A stretch of 57,549 nucleotides of DNA from the IMG/VR virus record IMGVR_UViG_3300028025_000648, positions 1 through 57,549 of that record, one strand, 5' to 3'. Below, one piece after another: positions 30,201 through 38,708 of the stretch (positions are counted from its first letter, which is position 1; each line of letters begins with the position of its first letter). Position numbers and translations under genes: made by a program. Below the pieces are notes generated by a model, which saw nothing but the letters and a program-made list of their open reading frames with translations, made no database searches and was not told where the DNA came from. Origin of the DNA: a virus (Duplodnaviria; Caudoviricetes).

Positions 30201-32591
30201 AAATTCTCTTGTTAAATCTTCTCTTACCTTTTCAAGCCCTTGTGAAGTATCTGCTCCAACACGCTCTGCGTATCTAGTTAATTCTGCTGCAGTTAAGTTT
30301 GCAATTCTATCAAGTTCTTTTTGAAGTTGTGCATCAAAACTTGCTGTTGTAGAAACTCTTCCAGCAACCTGGCTTACATATCCACCCTCTTCAAAACCTT
30401 GTACCGTGCCAGACATTAATGCCTTGACTAGTTCTGGGTTGGACTTTACCGTTTCCTTTGTTAATACTACTTCTCCAGGGGTAAGCATTGCGGGTACTGT
30501 ATCTCCGCTACCGCTTCCTGGAACCAGTCCCCCTTGTGCAAACTTCTTTGGAGGAAGACCGCTTACTGCACCCTTTGCTCCTGGAATTGCATTAAATAAT
30601 CCTGGAGAAGATGCTGCCAATGCCTGTGCTTGAGTTGCTGCTCCTCTATAGGCATTACCAAGTGCTGTGGCTGCAGTTGCTTCAACAGCAAAGGTTTCAA
30701 TTAAGGCTTTATGCGATGTATGAAGTGCATTAGAAATTGCAAGGTTTTCTGTTTCAGCGTTTGTAAGATAATCAAATCCGCCACCAAGAACTTGGTTCTG
30801 TCCATTAAGTTTGGCAATTCCACCACGAAGAAGTGCAAAGAACTTAATTAAGTTAGCAACTCCGTTAGCAACAAGACCAACAGTCATTAAAAGGATTGGG
30901 CCAAGGCCTGCAACCACGCCAACAATTGTTGTAATAATCTTCTTTGTTCCATCACTTAGATTATTAAATCTTTCAAGAATTCCTCCAGCAAACTTAACAA
31001 TTGGTGTTAGGGCTTCAAGGAATGCTTTGCCTATTGGTACAAGTTGCAGTTTAAGATCTTCTATGGTTTTTTGGAACTTGATTCCAACTGCATCTTCTAC
31101 CTTGCCAAGTTCTCGTTCAGATAAGATTGCAAGTTCTTCTACTGATGCCCCTGCTAGACCAAGTGCTCTGGCTGCCTGAGAACTATCTTTTGTTACGTTT
31201 GAGAACAAAGTAGATAGACGAGCAAACTGGAACTTACCAAACAACTGTTCAATAGCACGAGCACGGTTAAGCGGATCAAGTGTATCAAGTGCATTTGCAA
31301 ACCCAATAACAGTACCCTTTAGGTTTCCTGCATTTGCTTCTACAATACCCTTGATATTAATACCAAACTCTGCAAGCATTTCGCTTGTCTTCTTTGTTGG
31401 GTTAATTAATGATGCAAGACCAGACTTAAGTGCGTTAGCACCTTCTGATGCATTGATTCCGCCTTCTTTCATTGCAGTCATAAAGAATGCAAGATCTTCT
31501 ACAGATCCACCTAGTTGCTGTACAACTGGTCCAGCCTTTGGAATAGCAATAGTTAAATCTTCAATAGAAAGGACTGTTTGGTTTTCTACTGCGTTGAGGA
31601 AGTTAATTTTTTGTGCTAATTGTTCTGCTGAAATGCCAAAAGCATTTTGCAAGGAGATTGTTGTCTCAAGAGCCTGTTGCTGTTCTACTTGTCCAAGCAC
31701 TGCAAGTTTTGTTGCAGAAGTTATTTGTGCTGTAAGATTGCTTCCTGTAAGACCCATTGCTGCAGCAGTTGCTGCCATCTCTACAGTTTCTGTAGCAGAA
31801 ACTCCATACTTAGTAAACTCTTTAGCCAGTCTTTGAATATCAGCAACAGCCTTATTTGTGGCATCACCACTTGTTGTCATATTTCCATATACTCTAGTAA
31901 ACTTAAGGACTGCTTCTTCCATCTCTCGGAATACCTTAGATGCAGCAGCGCCAAGAGTAACCAGAGGAATGGTCAAACCAACCATAAGTTGGCGACCAGC
32001 CCACTGTGTATTCTTACCAAAGTTAAGTAGGTTTGTAGATCCTTGTTTTAGTAATTGATTTAAGAACTGCTGTCTTTGTGCAGCCATCTGCATTCGTGTT
32101 GCATAACTACTAAATTGATTGCCAGCCATATCCAATGACTTTGGCATTACCTTCAAAGTTTTTACAAAACCATCTTGTGCTTGTGTGAGTTGGATGTATT
32201 GCGACTGCACCATCTTAACTCTGTCTTTCATAGCCCTTCCGAGAATTTGCTTCTCTTGGGCAAACATATTCTTAAAGACACCTGAATTTTGGGTAGCAGC
32301 AGCAGCAGTAAATCTAGCATACTGCCTCATACTTAGTTTATTTTTTTCAAGCGCTGTAGTAAATGCTGAGGTGCTAGATGCTACAGTTTCCTGACTTGCT
32401 ACAAACTTACCAGTCGCATTGATCGACTGCATAAGGTTTGCAGTAAGAGATTTTTGAGCATCAGCAGCCGTAGCATTTCCAACAGTTAAGGCTTGATTAA
32501 ACTTACTTAAGCCTGCTTGTAGTCGACGTAAACTTGCCAGCGCATCTGTTGTATCCAGATTTACGTGAATATTGGCATTTACGTCTTCCAA
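24216..32591 (-). CDS. Tape measure protein with C-terminal LysM
   Basis: 2791 aa, Ala/Gln-rich; TP901-like core (GINASEGANALKS); LysM VVVKSGDTLSSIAKK near the C-terminus; follows the tail chaperones. Confidence 0.92.
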   Translation of the reverse strand: MEDVNANIHVNLDTTDALASLRRLQAGLSKFNQALTVGNATAADAQKSLTANLMQSINATGKFVASQETVASSTSAFTTALEKNKLSMRQYARFTAAAATQNSGVFKNMFAQEKQILGRAMKDRVKMVQSQYIQLTQAQDGFVKTLKVMPKSLDMAGNQFSSYATRMQMAAQRQQFLNQLLKQGSTNLLNFGKNTQWAGRQLMVGLTIPLVTLGAAASKVFREMEEAVLKFTRVYGNMTTSGDATNKAVADIQRLAKEFTKYGVSATETVEMAATAAAMGLTGSNLTAQITSATKLAVLGQVEQQQALETTISLQNAFGISAEQLAQKINFLNAVENQTVLSIEDLTIAIPKAGPVVQQLGGSVEDLAFFMTAMKEGGINASEGANALKSGLASLINPTKKTSEMLAEFGINIKGIVEANAGNLKGTVIGFANALDTLDPLNRARAIEQLFGKFQFARLSTLFSNVTKDSSQAARALGLAGASVEELAILSERELGKVEDAVGIKFQKTIEDLKLQLVPIGKAFLEALTPIVKFAGGILERFNNLSDGTKKIITTIVGVVAGLGPILLMTVGLVANGVANLIKFFALLRGGIAKLNGQNQVLGGGFDYLTNAETENLAISNALHTSHKALIETFAVEATAATALGNAYRGAATQAQALAASSPGLFNAIPGAKGAVSGLPPKKFAQGGLVPGSGSGDTVPAMLTPGEVVLTKETVKSNPELVKALMSGTVQGFEEGGYVSQVAGRVSTTASFDAQLQKELDRIANLTAAELTRYAERVGADTSQGLEKVREDLTREFRELVDGLAEEARQAGVKLTKEKLTSTIGEYDPEAGRSFVGSYAPQKDQNYATTFAHATESENVNALELLKSGQIKNEQTIAELTQLVAAAEKAGIAMPMVGPKSGLGYDLSQRINTSMKPDQKGADPTEFLNEFAQRGAEKWRKSIKIGGGNFEALEAEITQYDLAIQEQVRLWAENNPGKKIKDSDFEVIESSVRAGLAKISGGLKEVLDTAAAAITEVRVNVNKQTRAALTAADPSLDQTVFSGRKKGSGASGQVGPINRSTGVGMSETNAREAGYREGVAAVDGANKGAGTASPSKKTIKTGEEVGDGLVVGMKSKEDDVAAAGSKLGTTATQSAQHAAKKASRGARSTGPITPGSQYDVEKTEGGVVVDTIAKNVPPIEKSQVDTLIDKNAALREASTFAVDENGQIIMDPATGAPMTKKIHTKYKRGMRKEKVGKVSGKMSGALGTATMVAGMAGAPPQVTAALGAASMLAGLAPMIAGLGPGGLIAGAIAATAGGLYMLNKSAEKAAKAQTELANKTQMTGATLKSIGEMTGQVGASEIMDRRRSEGVSDLYTTNYDRKGQQFGTTFLEGEPGKAMAEGFSENIKLVGKDQAAKQFASNLALAVSDGVMTAVQASDVARQMAIKFGDTTLQPKVEGQLNRLIGPYGEDLLKDPLNVRINLIDEQANIAAATTDQLAQMQTAYGNTFFGDTGGGGFAGTAEGADFSFGELFGQTENEKMASFGAASGVNNVASAQAQLDAYNLQAEKKIQELQAQRLITTEKSKQAQIDEQIKTAQGEQEEGAQKIRDKIAETLQDQIDLFNVAKQRSAVEDAFFDSLKESVRLKYKGTAMEAFTGTMLEKTADLKSKELEVTINTIVASGQVNPMIMTDMLEAFTGDEKGLSKILDIGVKTHGADKIAMLINNLGGVKKPELKKKLAIAIAKGTTKDMDKINATLTQLQTMDQKDFDINVFLTNDPEVALKKLRALQKQLDAIENVPDPLTKAIQLENKGLSAEAMAGITANWEYFMSLPETVRKTAIQTYVSAYTTVSDDAVNARIAKKVAAAGGAGTVADYYSTAGGRQQVIDELAMEATKPQYSATPPGPAKPKGGGGGKDGGASANPLDFLDSLAMRIKNVRDGAFDATQPLKSMMAAFNSKGAQKDASRMFSIFDGLQQRMLKFNVPKEFRDAIASMSAEDFTAFASLPKGKNMFTYKQKDSKGKKLPRTKANITGLTKEGEAVMQTFREAQLGEFQIVQVEMVKTVEEQSKAFNMLLSSGLSATDALKVVEDQAVAAAIASGAVGQKGSKEMTQFVTDIKAATDALEQQALANDLINKAEDFKLVQQMPDLVKKMKDLKFTAEQMTAVLDNPALMKAMVKDLEDGKLDAKDIADYLNSIEKQKLIEIKTNFNRGDFAAAAAPGLEIVDEMFAVQEQLIRTGIDTRSTADVNLVRSNEATMKQLQDQLVPYEAQARGISDAIEVMQRNVEINITRKIEAYQKTIDDTQRKIELQFNRPIQDLQDRSGILSQDLVVMDKAAEAINKRYDEQAAALEKVAQINDDILAQQKQQIGLADALSQGDISQAASMIQEMRAAKAESAARSTQEMLTAARESELGRQRGGVTGLSRTQIEEEQYQISQKIYKLENDPARLQFQKNILATQDAIYKLEQERTAELEKIRVKEDELYKLNTTTIKPIQDRLAKLGDENTLAQSRIDKLVGEITVLGQNAAAWEGVRAKIAASDLASKSFDTALGGLLASSQAITAEWNTIIGKINAYAKAVPGSVTAIQNDINPTQAPTDAPTGSTAKPTSAPTDAPTSAPGATATKATAAPTKAPVVVKSGDTLSSIAKKNDTTVSALLAANPKLTTDPKYNDGNTIFSGTKIALPAPTTTKAPTTSSSDIIAARKALYGYLNSGGMVPQYFKVGGFARGADKIPAMLTPGEFIISKPAVQNFGVQNLNNINKGAPMGNDVYNYNLSLSVNGSDMDADDVANTVIKKIKQLEGQRVRRTNV
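24747..24876 (-). repeat. Pro/Thr/Ala APT-repeat linker in the tape measure protein
   Basis: PTQAPTDAPTGSTAKPTSAPTDAPTSAPGATATKATAAPTKAP. Confidence 0.8.
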
Positions 32592-32601
32592 CTTTTATCC
32601 T

Positions 32602-32925
32602 CTACTTCATGCTAGGTAGTAAATCTGTTGCTGCGCTTAATGAAATTCCAGAGGCTGCGTCAACAATTGCATAAACTGTTGGCAGATCTAGGTTCTCTTC
32701 AATTGCTGGACGATTATCTGCAAGAAGTGGCAAGAATTGCTTAAATGCAATCTGAACACAGTCTAGCAAAATATCCATAGATTTTTCATTATCATCTGCT
32801 ACTGCAGACAGTTCCTGAAACTTACTCATAAATGGCTTTAGCAAAGAAATCTTAAGTGGCTTCACTTCAAACTTTGTGCCATCCATTAGTGCGAGTTCTC
32901 TTTTTTCGTGTACGGTTGTAGACAT
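32602..32925 (-). CDS. Tail assembly chaperone, short (G-like)
   Basis: Between major tail and tape measure genes; paralogous to the N-half of 32960..33676; AGGAGG RBS. Confidence 0.75.
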   Translation of the reverse strand: MSTTVHEKRELALMDGTKFEVKPLKISLLKPFMSKFQELSAVADDNEKSMDILLDCVQIAFKQFLPLLADNRPAIEENLDLPTVYAIVDAASGISLSAATDLLPSMK

Positions 32926-32958
32926 TATTATATTTCCTCCTATTAGGTTACATTGTCA

Positions 32959-32967
32959 ATTATAGCA
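32959..32967 (-). promoter_or_regulatory. Extended -10 promoter TGCTATAAT overlapping the upstream stop codon
   Basis: ATG CTA TAA T. Confidence 0.6.
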
Positions 32968-33676
32968 TAACGCTTGGATCTCTAGCATCTTCATAATCCA
33001 GCCCCATACCAATTCCAAACCCTGCTTTCTGAGCAGTTGCGCCCTGTAAAGCAAGTACATCTTTACTGTCAGTTGCCTGACCTCTACTGAAGACTCTAGC
33101 CTTCATGTCTTCCCATTCTTGCTGACCTTTCTTTTCTCCAGAGTTTTTGTCTAAGTCAATACCCTGGATGGCTGCAAGAAACTTTTTGTCTTCATACTCT
33201 GAGTCACGCTTAGCACCTAAAATGCTAATCAGTTCTGACATACATAGAGATCTTTCTAGTTCGTCATAGTCTTTCCATATGCCCAGCAAAAATACCTCAG
33301 ACTCTAACTTTGCCAAGTCTAGTTCATCCCAGGACATACCCTCATTTTTAGATGATTCTGCTTGCTCTTTGACTGGCTCTTCAGAGTCTTTGTTAATTTT
33401 GATGTTTGCTGTTAGTTCTAAGATTTTGTAAACTGTTGGCATATCCATACTATCCTGTAGTTCTTCAACAGTTTTTATTGATGGATAGAACTGCTTCATA
33501 CATACTGCAGCACAGGCTGATAATACATTCATGGCTTCTTCGTTTGTAACGACATCTTTCATATCTTCAAACTTGACCATAAACTCACGCAGGTATTTAA
33601 TCTTAAGAGGTGACAGTTCGATCTCTGTCCCATCAATAAGATAAATTACACCCGTCTTATATATTTCTGTAGCCAT
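32960..33676 (-). CDS. Tail assembly chaperone, long (GT-like)
   Basis: G-like N-half plus C-half WDELDLAKLESEVFLLGIWKDYDELE...FLAAIQGIDL in a single frame. Confidence 0.7.
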   Translation of the reverse strand: MATEIYKTGVIYLIDGTEIELSPLKIKYLREFMVKFEDMKDVVTNEEAMNVLSACAAVCMKQFYPSIKTVEELQDSMDMPTVYKILELTANIKINKDSEEPVKEQAESSKNEGMSWDELDLAKLESEVFLLGIWKDYDELERSLCMSELISILGAKRDSEYEDKKFLAAIQGIDLDKNSGEKKGQQEWEDMKARVFSRGQATDSKDVLALQGATAQKAGFGIGMGLDYEDARDPSVML

Positions 33677-33701
33677 ATATCCCCGAATACAAGTCTACCA
33701 T

Positions 33702-33734
33702 AAAACAACAAAGCCCACCTCCGAAGAGATGGGC
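33702..33734 (-). terminator. Rho-independent terminator with cUUCGg tetraloop
   Basis: GCCCATCT-CTTCGG-AGGTGGGC-TTTGTTGTTTT after the major tail gene. Confidence 0.85.
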
Positions 33735-33754
33735 CTGTCGTATAATTTATTAAA

Positions 33755-34390
33755 TTATGATGCTGGTGCGAAGGTACGATCTACGATCTTACCGTATGAA
33801 CCAGATACGTCCTCTGGAAGGAGACGGAATGATACTTCAAACATTGAAGCCTCATCACGCTTTGCAGATACAGTAACATTTTCGATTGAAAGTGCACGGT
33901 ATGCTGTGTATACACGCTCTACTGTTGCAGAGTTAGCGCAATCACCTGTTCCTGGACCTACTGCAACGATACCACGCTCAACTGGGCACTCACCAAGTTC
34001 TCCAGCAGATAGGTTCATAACCTGTCCGTTTGAAGTTCCCTTTGTACCTGTAAGTTGGTCATCGCTGAATGCTAAAGCAAGTAGAAGATTTTCTAGTGTT
34101 GCTTCAGCGAAAGCAGTTGCAAGATTAACCTGCATACCCTGCTTGTATAGTTTTGCAACGTCAAGAATCTGGTCAACCTGAACTTCACCGAAGTCTGGTT
34201 GGAACTGCAGTTCAAGACCGTTCATGGTGTAACCTACGTTTGTGTAAGTTGCATCGTCAGAGAGTGTGTCTCTGAAAGATTCTGTTCCTACGAATGTCTC
34301 CAGTGTGCCTGGAGTCAAAGTAGTGTCTGCAACGAACATTGCTGCAGCACCAACGATAATGTTGGATGACGAACCACGACTATATGCCAT
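33755..34390 (-). CDS. Major tail (tube) protein
   Basis: NIIVGAA, VGYTMNGLEL, EATLENL; strong GAGGTG RBS; followed by a terminator. Confidence 0.85.
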   Translation of the reverse strand: MAYSRGSSSNIIVGAAAMFVADTTLTPGTLETFVGTESFRDTLSDDATYTNVGYTMNGLELQFQPDFGEVQVDQILDVAKLYKQGMQVNLATAFAEATLENLLLALAFSDDQLTGTKGTSNGQVMNLSAGELGECPVERGIVAVGPGTGDCANSATVERVYTAYRALSIENVTVSAKRDEASMFEVSFRLLPEDVSGSYGKIVDRTFAPAS

Positions 34391-34449
34391 ATTTTCACCT
34401 CTTTCTCAAGATAGATATTAAGTTGTTTGGCGTTTGTTTCCTCTGTATT

Positions 34450-34458
34450 ATTATAACA
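34450..34458 (-). promoter_or_regulatory. Extended -10 promoter TGTTATAAT
   Basis: Motif upstream of the major tail gene. Confidence 0.65.
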
Positions 34459-34464
34459 GTGTTT

Positions 34465-35016
34465 TTAATTATATAGGGAGTCTAGGGGATCTTTGGCATG
34501 GTAGCAATATTGAATAATAATCTTATTCTTAAATACCGTTCTGGCAGACCCCAGTTCTAGAAGGTCCCTACTCTCGTCTATGTGGAAAACCCGTGTGTAG
34601 TGGAATGATGCTGTAATCGTGTTTGGATATGAATTTTGTGCCCACTTGTTTACATCTTGTGCTGAAGCGTCTTCACGATCTAAGGCTGCCTTTATTACTC
34701 TCATAGCATCCATTAGTTTAGACTGATTGGTTGTGTAAACATAGTAAACCAACTGCTCAGTCTTTTTTGGGTAAAAGGGTGATGTTCTTAATCTTGCTAG
34801 GGTTTCGTATTGTATAAATAGTGGATCTTGGATATTAGGAGCATCAATGTAATTCTTGAATACCTCATCTATGTTCCCTGGGGTTGTAGGGAATATAGGA
34901 TTCATTTGACTAACTGTACTGTTAGTAATCCCAAACCGATCTAGTTGAGCCAAGATATACCCATTCAAAATTGCAGGTGGGAAAGATGTTTCTTCGGAGA
35001 TATTTAACTCAGGCAT
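34465..35016 (-). CDS. Putative tail terminator/completion protein
   Basis: Position directly upstream of the major tail gene. Confidence 0.5.
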   Translation of the reverse strand: MPELNISEETSFPPAILNGYILAQLDRFGITNSTVSQMNPIFPTTPGNIDEVFKNYIDAPNIQDPLFIQYETLARLRTSPFYPKKTEQLVYYVYTTNQSKLMDAMRVIKAALDREDASAQDVNKWAQNSYPNTITASFHYTRVFHIDESRDLLELGSARTVFKNKIIIQYCYHAKDPLDSLYN

Positions 35017-35020
35017 GTCT

Positions 35021-35698
35021 CTATTCTACACCAATCTTTGCATTGGCAATCCACTTAAATCCAGTGTCCAAACCTTTACTTCTTCCAGCCCTAGAGCCAG
35101 CAGCAAGGTTATTCTTATAGGCTGTGGGGTTACTTAGGTATTTCATTATCCCGCTTGATCTTAGAAAAGCCTGTGTAAAGTAAACCTTAAAGAATTCGTC
35201 AAATACTCTTTCATAAGCACCCTCTACTTCATCTCCTCCAGGATTAAGAACAATAACATTCTTTTTTGTGTAGACCATTTCTCCATCACTTTCAAATGCC
35301 AGCACCTGTCCATTACGTGGTTTGATTATGACAGTTCTTCCATCTTCCATTACTTTGGCCTTTGATGCAAACGGAGTTAAAGCACCATCTGCTAAAGATT
35401 GAGATTGTCTAAAGTTAGAATTAAATGTTAATCCTAAATTGCTGATTGTGTAAGTTATATTAAATAATCTTGCATTCGGAGATCCAGTCTGATACCACTC
35501 GTAAATATGATGTAACGCTTCTGGGTTTGACCTTGCCTCAATATCGATATAGTTCTCTAGGGTAGGCACAGTTCCTTTGGCAATATTGTCAAGAAGAACC
35601 TTCTTACCATTTTTTGCCCCGTCTAAAAATCCTATGGAGTATTCAACAATATTATTTAATTGTTTCTGAAAAGCCTTTGCTTCAAATACGGCTCTCAT
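35021..35698 (-). CDS. Putative neck protein
   Basis: Position; IIKPRNGQVLAF motif seen in neck proteins. Confidence 0.5.
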   Translation of the reverse strand: MRAVFEAKAFQKQLNNIVEYSIGFLDGAKNGKKVLLDNIAKGTVPTLENYIDIEARSNPEALHHIYEWYQTGSPNARLFNITYTISNLGLTFNSNFRQSQSLADGALTPFASKAKVMEDGRTVIIKPRNGQVLAFESDGEMVYTKKNVIVLNPGGDEVEGAYERVFDEFFKVYFTQAFLRSSGIMKYLSNPTAYKNNLAAGSRAGRSKGLDTGFKWIANAKIGVE

Positions 35699-36150
35699 TA
35701 GTCTCCTACTGATTGATTTTCAGTCCTACGCAGAAGCATTTTAAAGTACTCTACGGTTCCAAAAGGTCCTGTCATTGGTTCTACTGTACCTAATTCATAG
35801 ATGGTGCCTCTACCGCTTCGTGGGCCAGCAGTCTCTTTATAGATTAATTCGTCATAGCCGTTTCGTATATTTGCAATAAGAATGTTTGTAATTGCATTAT
35901 TTACCTCATTGGAAGATACTCTAGGATCTTTTTTTACTCGACCAATTAATTTATTCTCATACTGAAGAAAAGCGGCTGGAGATATTTCTTCTTTGCTTAG
36001 TCCACCAACGGGCGTAGCGTTTAAAACAATAACTCTATCAAATACCCACTCCTTGCTTGCTTGACCGTATTCAGTCTGGGTAAGGATAGGGTAGTATAAG
36101 TCTGCCCTCATTGGATAAATGAAATCGGTGCAGTCATCGCACTCTTGCAT
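35698..36150 (-). CDS. Putative head-closure protein
   Basis: Position and size (150 aa). Confidence 0.5.
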   Translation of the reverse strand: MQECDDCTDFIYPMRADLYYPILTQTEYGQASKEWVFDRVIVLNATPVGGLSKEEISPAAFLQYENKLIGRVKKDPRVSSNEVNNAITNILIANIRNGYDELIYKETAGPRSGRGTIYELGTVEPMTGPFGTVEYFKMLLRRTENQSVGD

Positions 36151-37118
36151 TATAAAATCCTAAGTCTTGGAGTTGAGTTTGTATATCTGCTCAAAATCTT
36201 ATCTACAAGGATGTTGCCTGTTCCATCAAATTGCTTTGTATCAAAGTCAATCTTAAACTGATCTGTTTCATAGATCTTGACATATCTCTTGTAATAATCT
36301 AATTTGCCACATCGGATATCTTCAATAAGAATTTCTGTTGCATCTTTAATGTCATAAGGAACTACTCTGTATCCAGTCTCTAACTGGAAGATGTAATCTG
36401 CTCCTTCAGGAAATCCTACACCAGGAACGATGGTTGCTGTGTTTCCACTGTCTTCTGTATCAAACATGCTGATAGAGTCTGATGGAGCAACTGGAATTCG
36501 TGAGTACCTTCTCTCAGCACGATTCAAAGAATCTGTAGGCTGAACTGGATCTTTGGTTATCGCTGTCTTATCTTTTGTTATAAGGTAGTTATAGTTACCA
36601 ATTGCTGGAACCTGTAATGATGAGTCATAGACTAGTTCAGCATTCTCGTATACCTTCAAAATTTTATGTGTTCTATCCCAAAGCGGAACATAATCTGTTC
36701 CTTGTCCAACAACTTCCATATATGTCTTATTTAAATAGAAGCCACCAGTAAATGAGTCAATGATTGCTCTAGCAAGAGACTCATACTGTGTGTAGGCAGC
36801 AATATCTGTTGCTCCTGTAGCAAGAGTCTTTGGATCAATATATGGTCTGGCTATATCTAGGTTATCTTCTACAACTGGCTCATCTGCAAGAACACCTTCA
36901 TCAATGACTTCAAAGATGGCGAGAGAATAAGACTTGTCATACTTAGAAAATTCTGGTGAAAGTTCTAGTGTAACCTTTGAAGCCATATTTGATGTTACAC
37001 CATTTTCAAAAATTATCTGGTTTTCTGTATCTTCAATAACAAACATATATGGCGTATTTGTATCTGGCACTGTATATGTGATTGAGATTGGGTATGGGGG
37101 AAGTCTAAGTACTAACAT
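36150..37118 (-). CDS. Putative head-to-tail adaptor
   Basis: ARAIIDSFTG...GYRVVPYDIKDAT...VDKILSRY adaptor-like pattern. Confidence 0.6.
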   Translation of the reverse strand: MLVLRLPPYPISITYTVPDTNTPYMFVIEDTENQIIFENGVTSNMASKVTLELSPEFSKYDKSYSLAIFEVIDEGVLADEPVVEDNLDIARPYIDPKTLATGATDIAAYTQYESLARAIIDSFTGGFYLNKTYMEVVGQGTDYVPLWDRTHKILKVYENAELVYDSSLQVPAIGNYNYLITKDKTAITKDPVQPTDSLNRAERRYSRIPVAPSDSISMFDTEDSGNTATIVPGVGFPEGADYIFQLETGYRVVPYDIKDATEILIEDIRCGKLDYYKRYVKIYETDQFKIDFDTKQFDGTGNILVDKILSRYTNSTPRLRIL

Positions 37119-37456
37119 TATTTACCATAGTAACTGGCTACTTCTTCAGGAGTCGCAATGCGAACTGCCTTGTGAGTTGCCCATTTGTCTGCATCTTTTG
37201 CAGGAATTATGTTATAGCCTATCTTGAGTGCGCCTACTCCACTCCAGTGAAGATTACGTGTTGAGTATACGGCTACCTTCTCAACAACTGGTTTTGTTGA
37301 TACTACTGGCTCTAGTTCATCTTTTGGAATCCAACTAGCAATAACCTCTAAGATCTCTAGTTTAGTCTTAGATCCATAAATGTCAATGTTCTTTGCCTTG
37401 GCATAAGACTTTAACTCAAAGACTGTTTTGTTTGATAATTCTTCAATGATAGACAT
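37118..37456 (-). CDS. Hypothetical protein with Rho-N/HeH-like N-terminus
   Basis: LSNKTVFELKSYAKAKNIDIYGSKTKLEILEVI. Confidence 0.6.
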   Translation of the reverse strand: MSIIEELSNKTVFELKSYAKAKNIDIYGSKTKLEILEVIASWIPKDELEPVVSTKPVVEKVAVYSTRNLHWSGVGALKIGYNIIPAKDADKWATHKAVRIATPEEVASYYGK

Positions 37457-37471
37457 TTATCCTCCTAAGTT

Positions 37472-37480
37472 ATTATACCA
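37472..37480 (-). promoter_or_regulatory. Extended -10 promoter TGGTATAAT
   Basis: Exact motif between a terminator and an AGGAGG RBS. Confidence 0.7.
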
Positions 37481-37487
37481 GAATGTG

Positions 37488-37522
37488 AAGAAGGGGAGCA
37501 GATGTTTAGTCTACTCCCCCTC
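37488..37522 (-). terminator. Terminator hairpin after the major capsid gene
   Basis: GGGGAGTAGA-CTAAACA-TCTGCTCCCC-TTCTT. Confidence 0.7.
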
Positions 37523-37537
37523 TAAGTTGGTTACAGA

Positions 37538-38680
37538 TTAGGAATCTGATGCTGCATCCGCATAAGCGACTGCATCGAGTTCTTCCCACTGTACGCCAAA
37601 ACGAACGAATACTGTGTATTCGATTGTGTCCTTCTTAGCAACGTATTCACGATTTACTGTGATATCTCTCTGGAATCCCCATACACGGTTCTGTGGGAAT
37701 GTCAAGTCGACATATCCTGCAGGGTAGTAAGGAACTTCCATTACATCAATTCCGAGAACACGAGTTGTACGTGCTCCACCGAATGTCTGTGCGTTACCAT
37801 CAAGGTATGACTGACGGTTTGCTTCTGTGCCTGGACCCTTGTTAACAAAGGCTTCTGCGATTGCATCTGCAAGTGTACCGTTATTCTTAACGATTCCCTG
37901 GAATGCATCTGTACCAGCATAGAATTTTAGACCAGCCTTGAGTGCACGATACTTACGTGGCAAAGCCAAGATGATATCCTGCATCGCTGCTGTTGTCCAG
38001 TTGTCATCAGATACGGTTACAACTGCTTCGTGAGCATCTGAACCATCTGTGACCTTGTTGACAAATCCATCCATGATTGAAAGGAAGTTGCCTGTTGCAC
38101 CATCGCCATTAATAGCAAGGTCTTCGATATCGTTAGCGAAAGCGTTGGTCATCAAGCGAACTAGATGATCCTCAAGTGCTCCACCTTCAATATTATCTTC
38201 AAGTGCTTCTGATGAAACTTCCCAGTCAAGACGAATCTTCTTTGTAGTCAATTCAACCTTGCTGAATGTTGCACCAGCGTTTGTGAAATCTGGCTGTGCC
38301 TGAGCAGCAGCACGGATTACACGCTCTCCTACGTTAACTTTCTCAAGTTCCATAGTGTTAGCACGCATTGTTACTTTACGACCATCCTTGGCGAGAACTG
38401 TTGCATCCCACACGTAGTCGATGAAGCGACGAGCCTGCTCTGGTGCAAGAATACCACCTGGTGTTCCAGTTGGATTTACAGCGTTTGCTCCAGAAGTTGT
38501 TCCGAAGTTCGCTGTAGCGATGTTGCCAAGCGAAGCAGCGGGTGTAAGATTACCGTTAGCATCTGTGGTTGTTGCACCACCGATTGCTCCAGACGCAAAA
38601 GAACCATCGCCGTTGTGGGCGTGTGATTCAGTTGGGGATCCAGGATAATTCTTTACGATCTCTGTATTTTGTTCCGACAT
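37538..38680 (-). CDS. Major capsid protein (HK97 fold)
   Basis: GGILAPEQARRFID, EALEDNIEG, DIEDLAINGD; AGGAGGT RBS before ATG 38680. Confidence 0.9.
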   Translation of the reverse strand: MSEQNTEIVKNYPGSPTESHAHNGDGSFASGAIGGATTTDANGNLTPAASLGNIATANFGTTSGANAVNPTGTPGGILAPEQARRFIDYVWDATVLAKDGRKVTMRANTMELEKVNVGERVIRAAAQAQPDFTNAGATFSKVELTTKKIRLDWEVSSEALEDNIEGGALEDHLVRLMTNAFANDIEDLAINGDGATGNFLSIMDGFVNKVTDGSDAHEAVVTVSDDNWTTAAMQDIILALPRKYRALKAGLKFYAGTDAFQGIVKNNGTLADAIAEAFVNKGPGTEANRQSYLDGNAQTFGGARTTRVLGIDVMEVPYYPAGYVDLTFPQNRVWGFQRDITVNREYVAKKDTIEYTVFVRFGVQWEELDAVAYADAASDS

Positions 38681-38708
38681 ATTGTTCACCTCCTAGTGAT
38701 TTTATATC

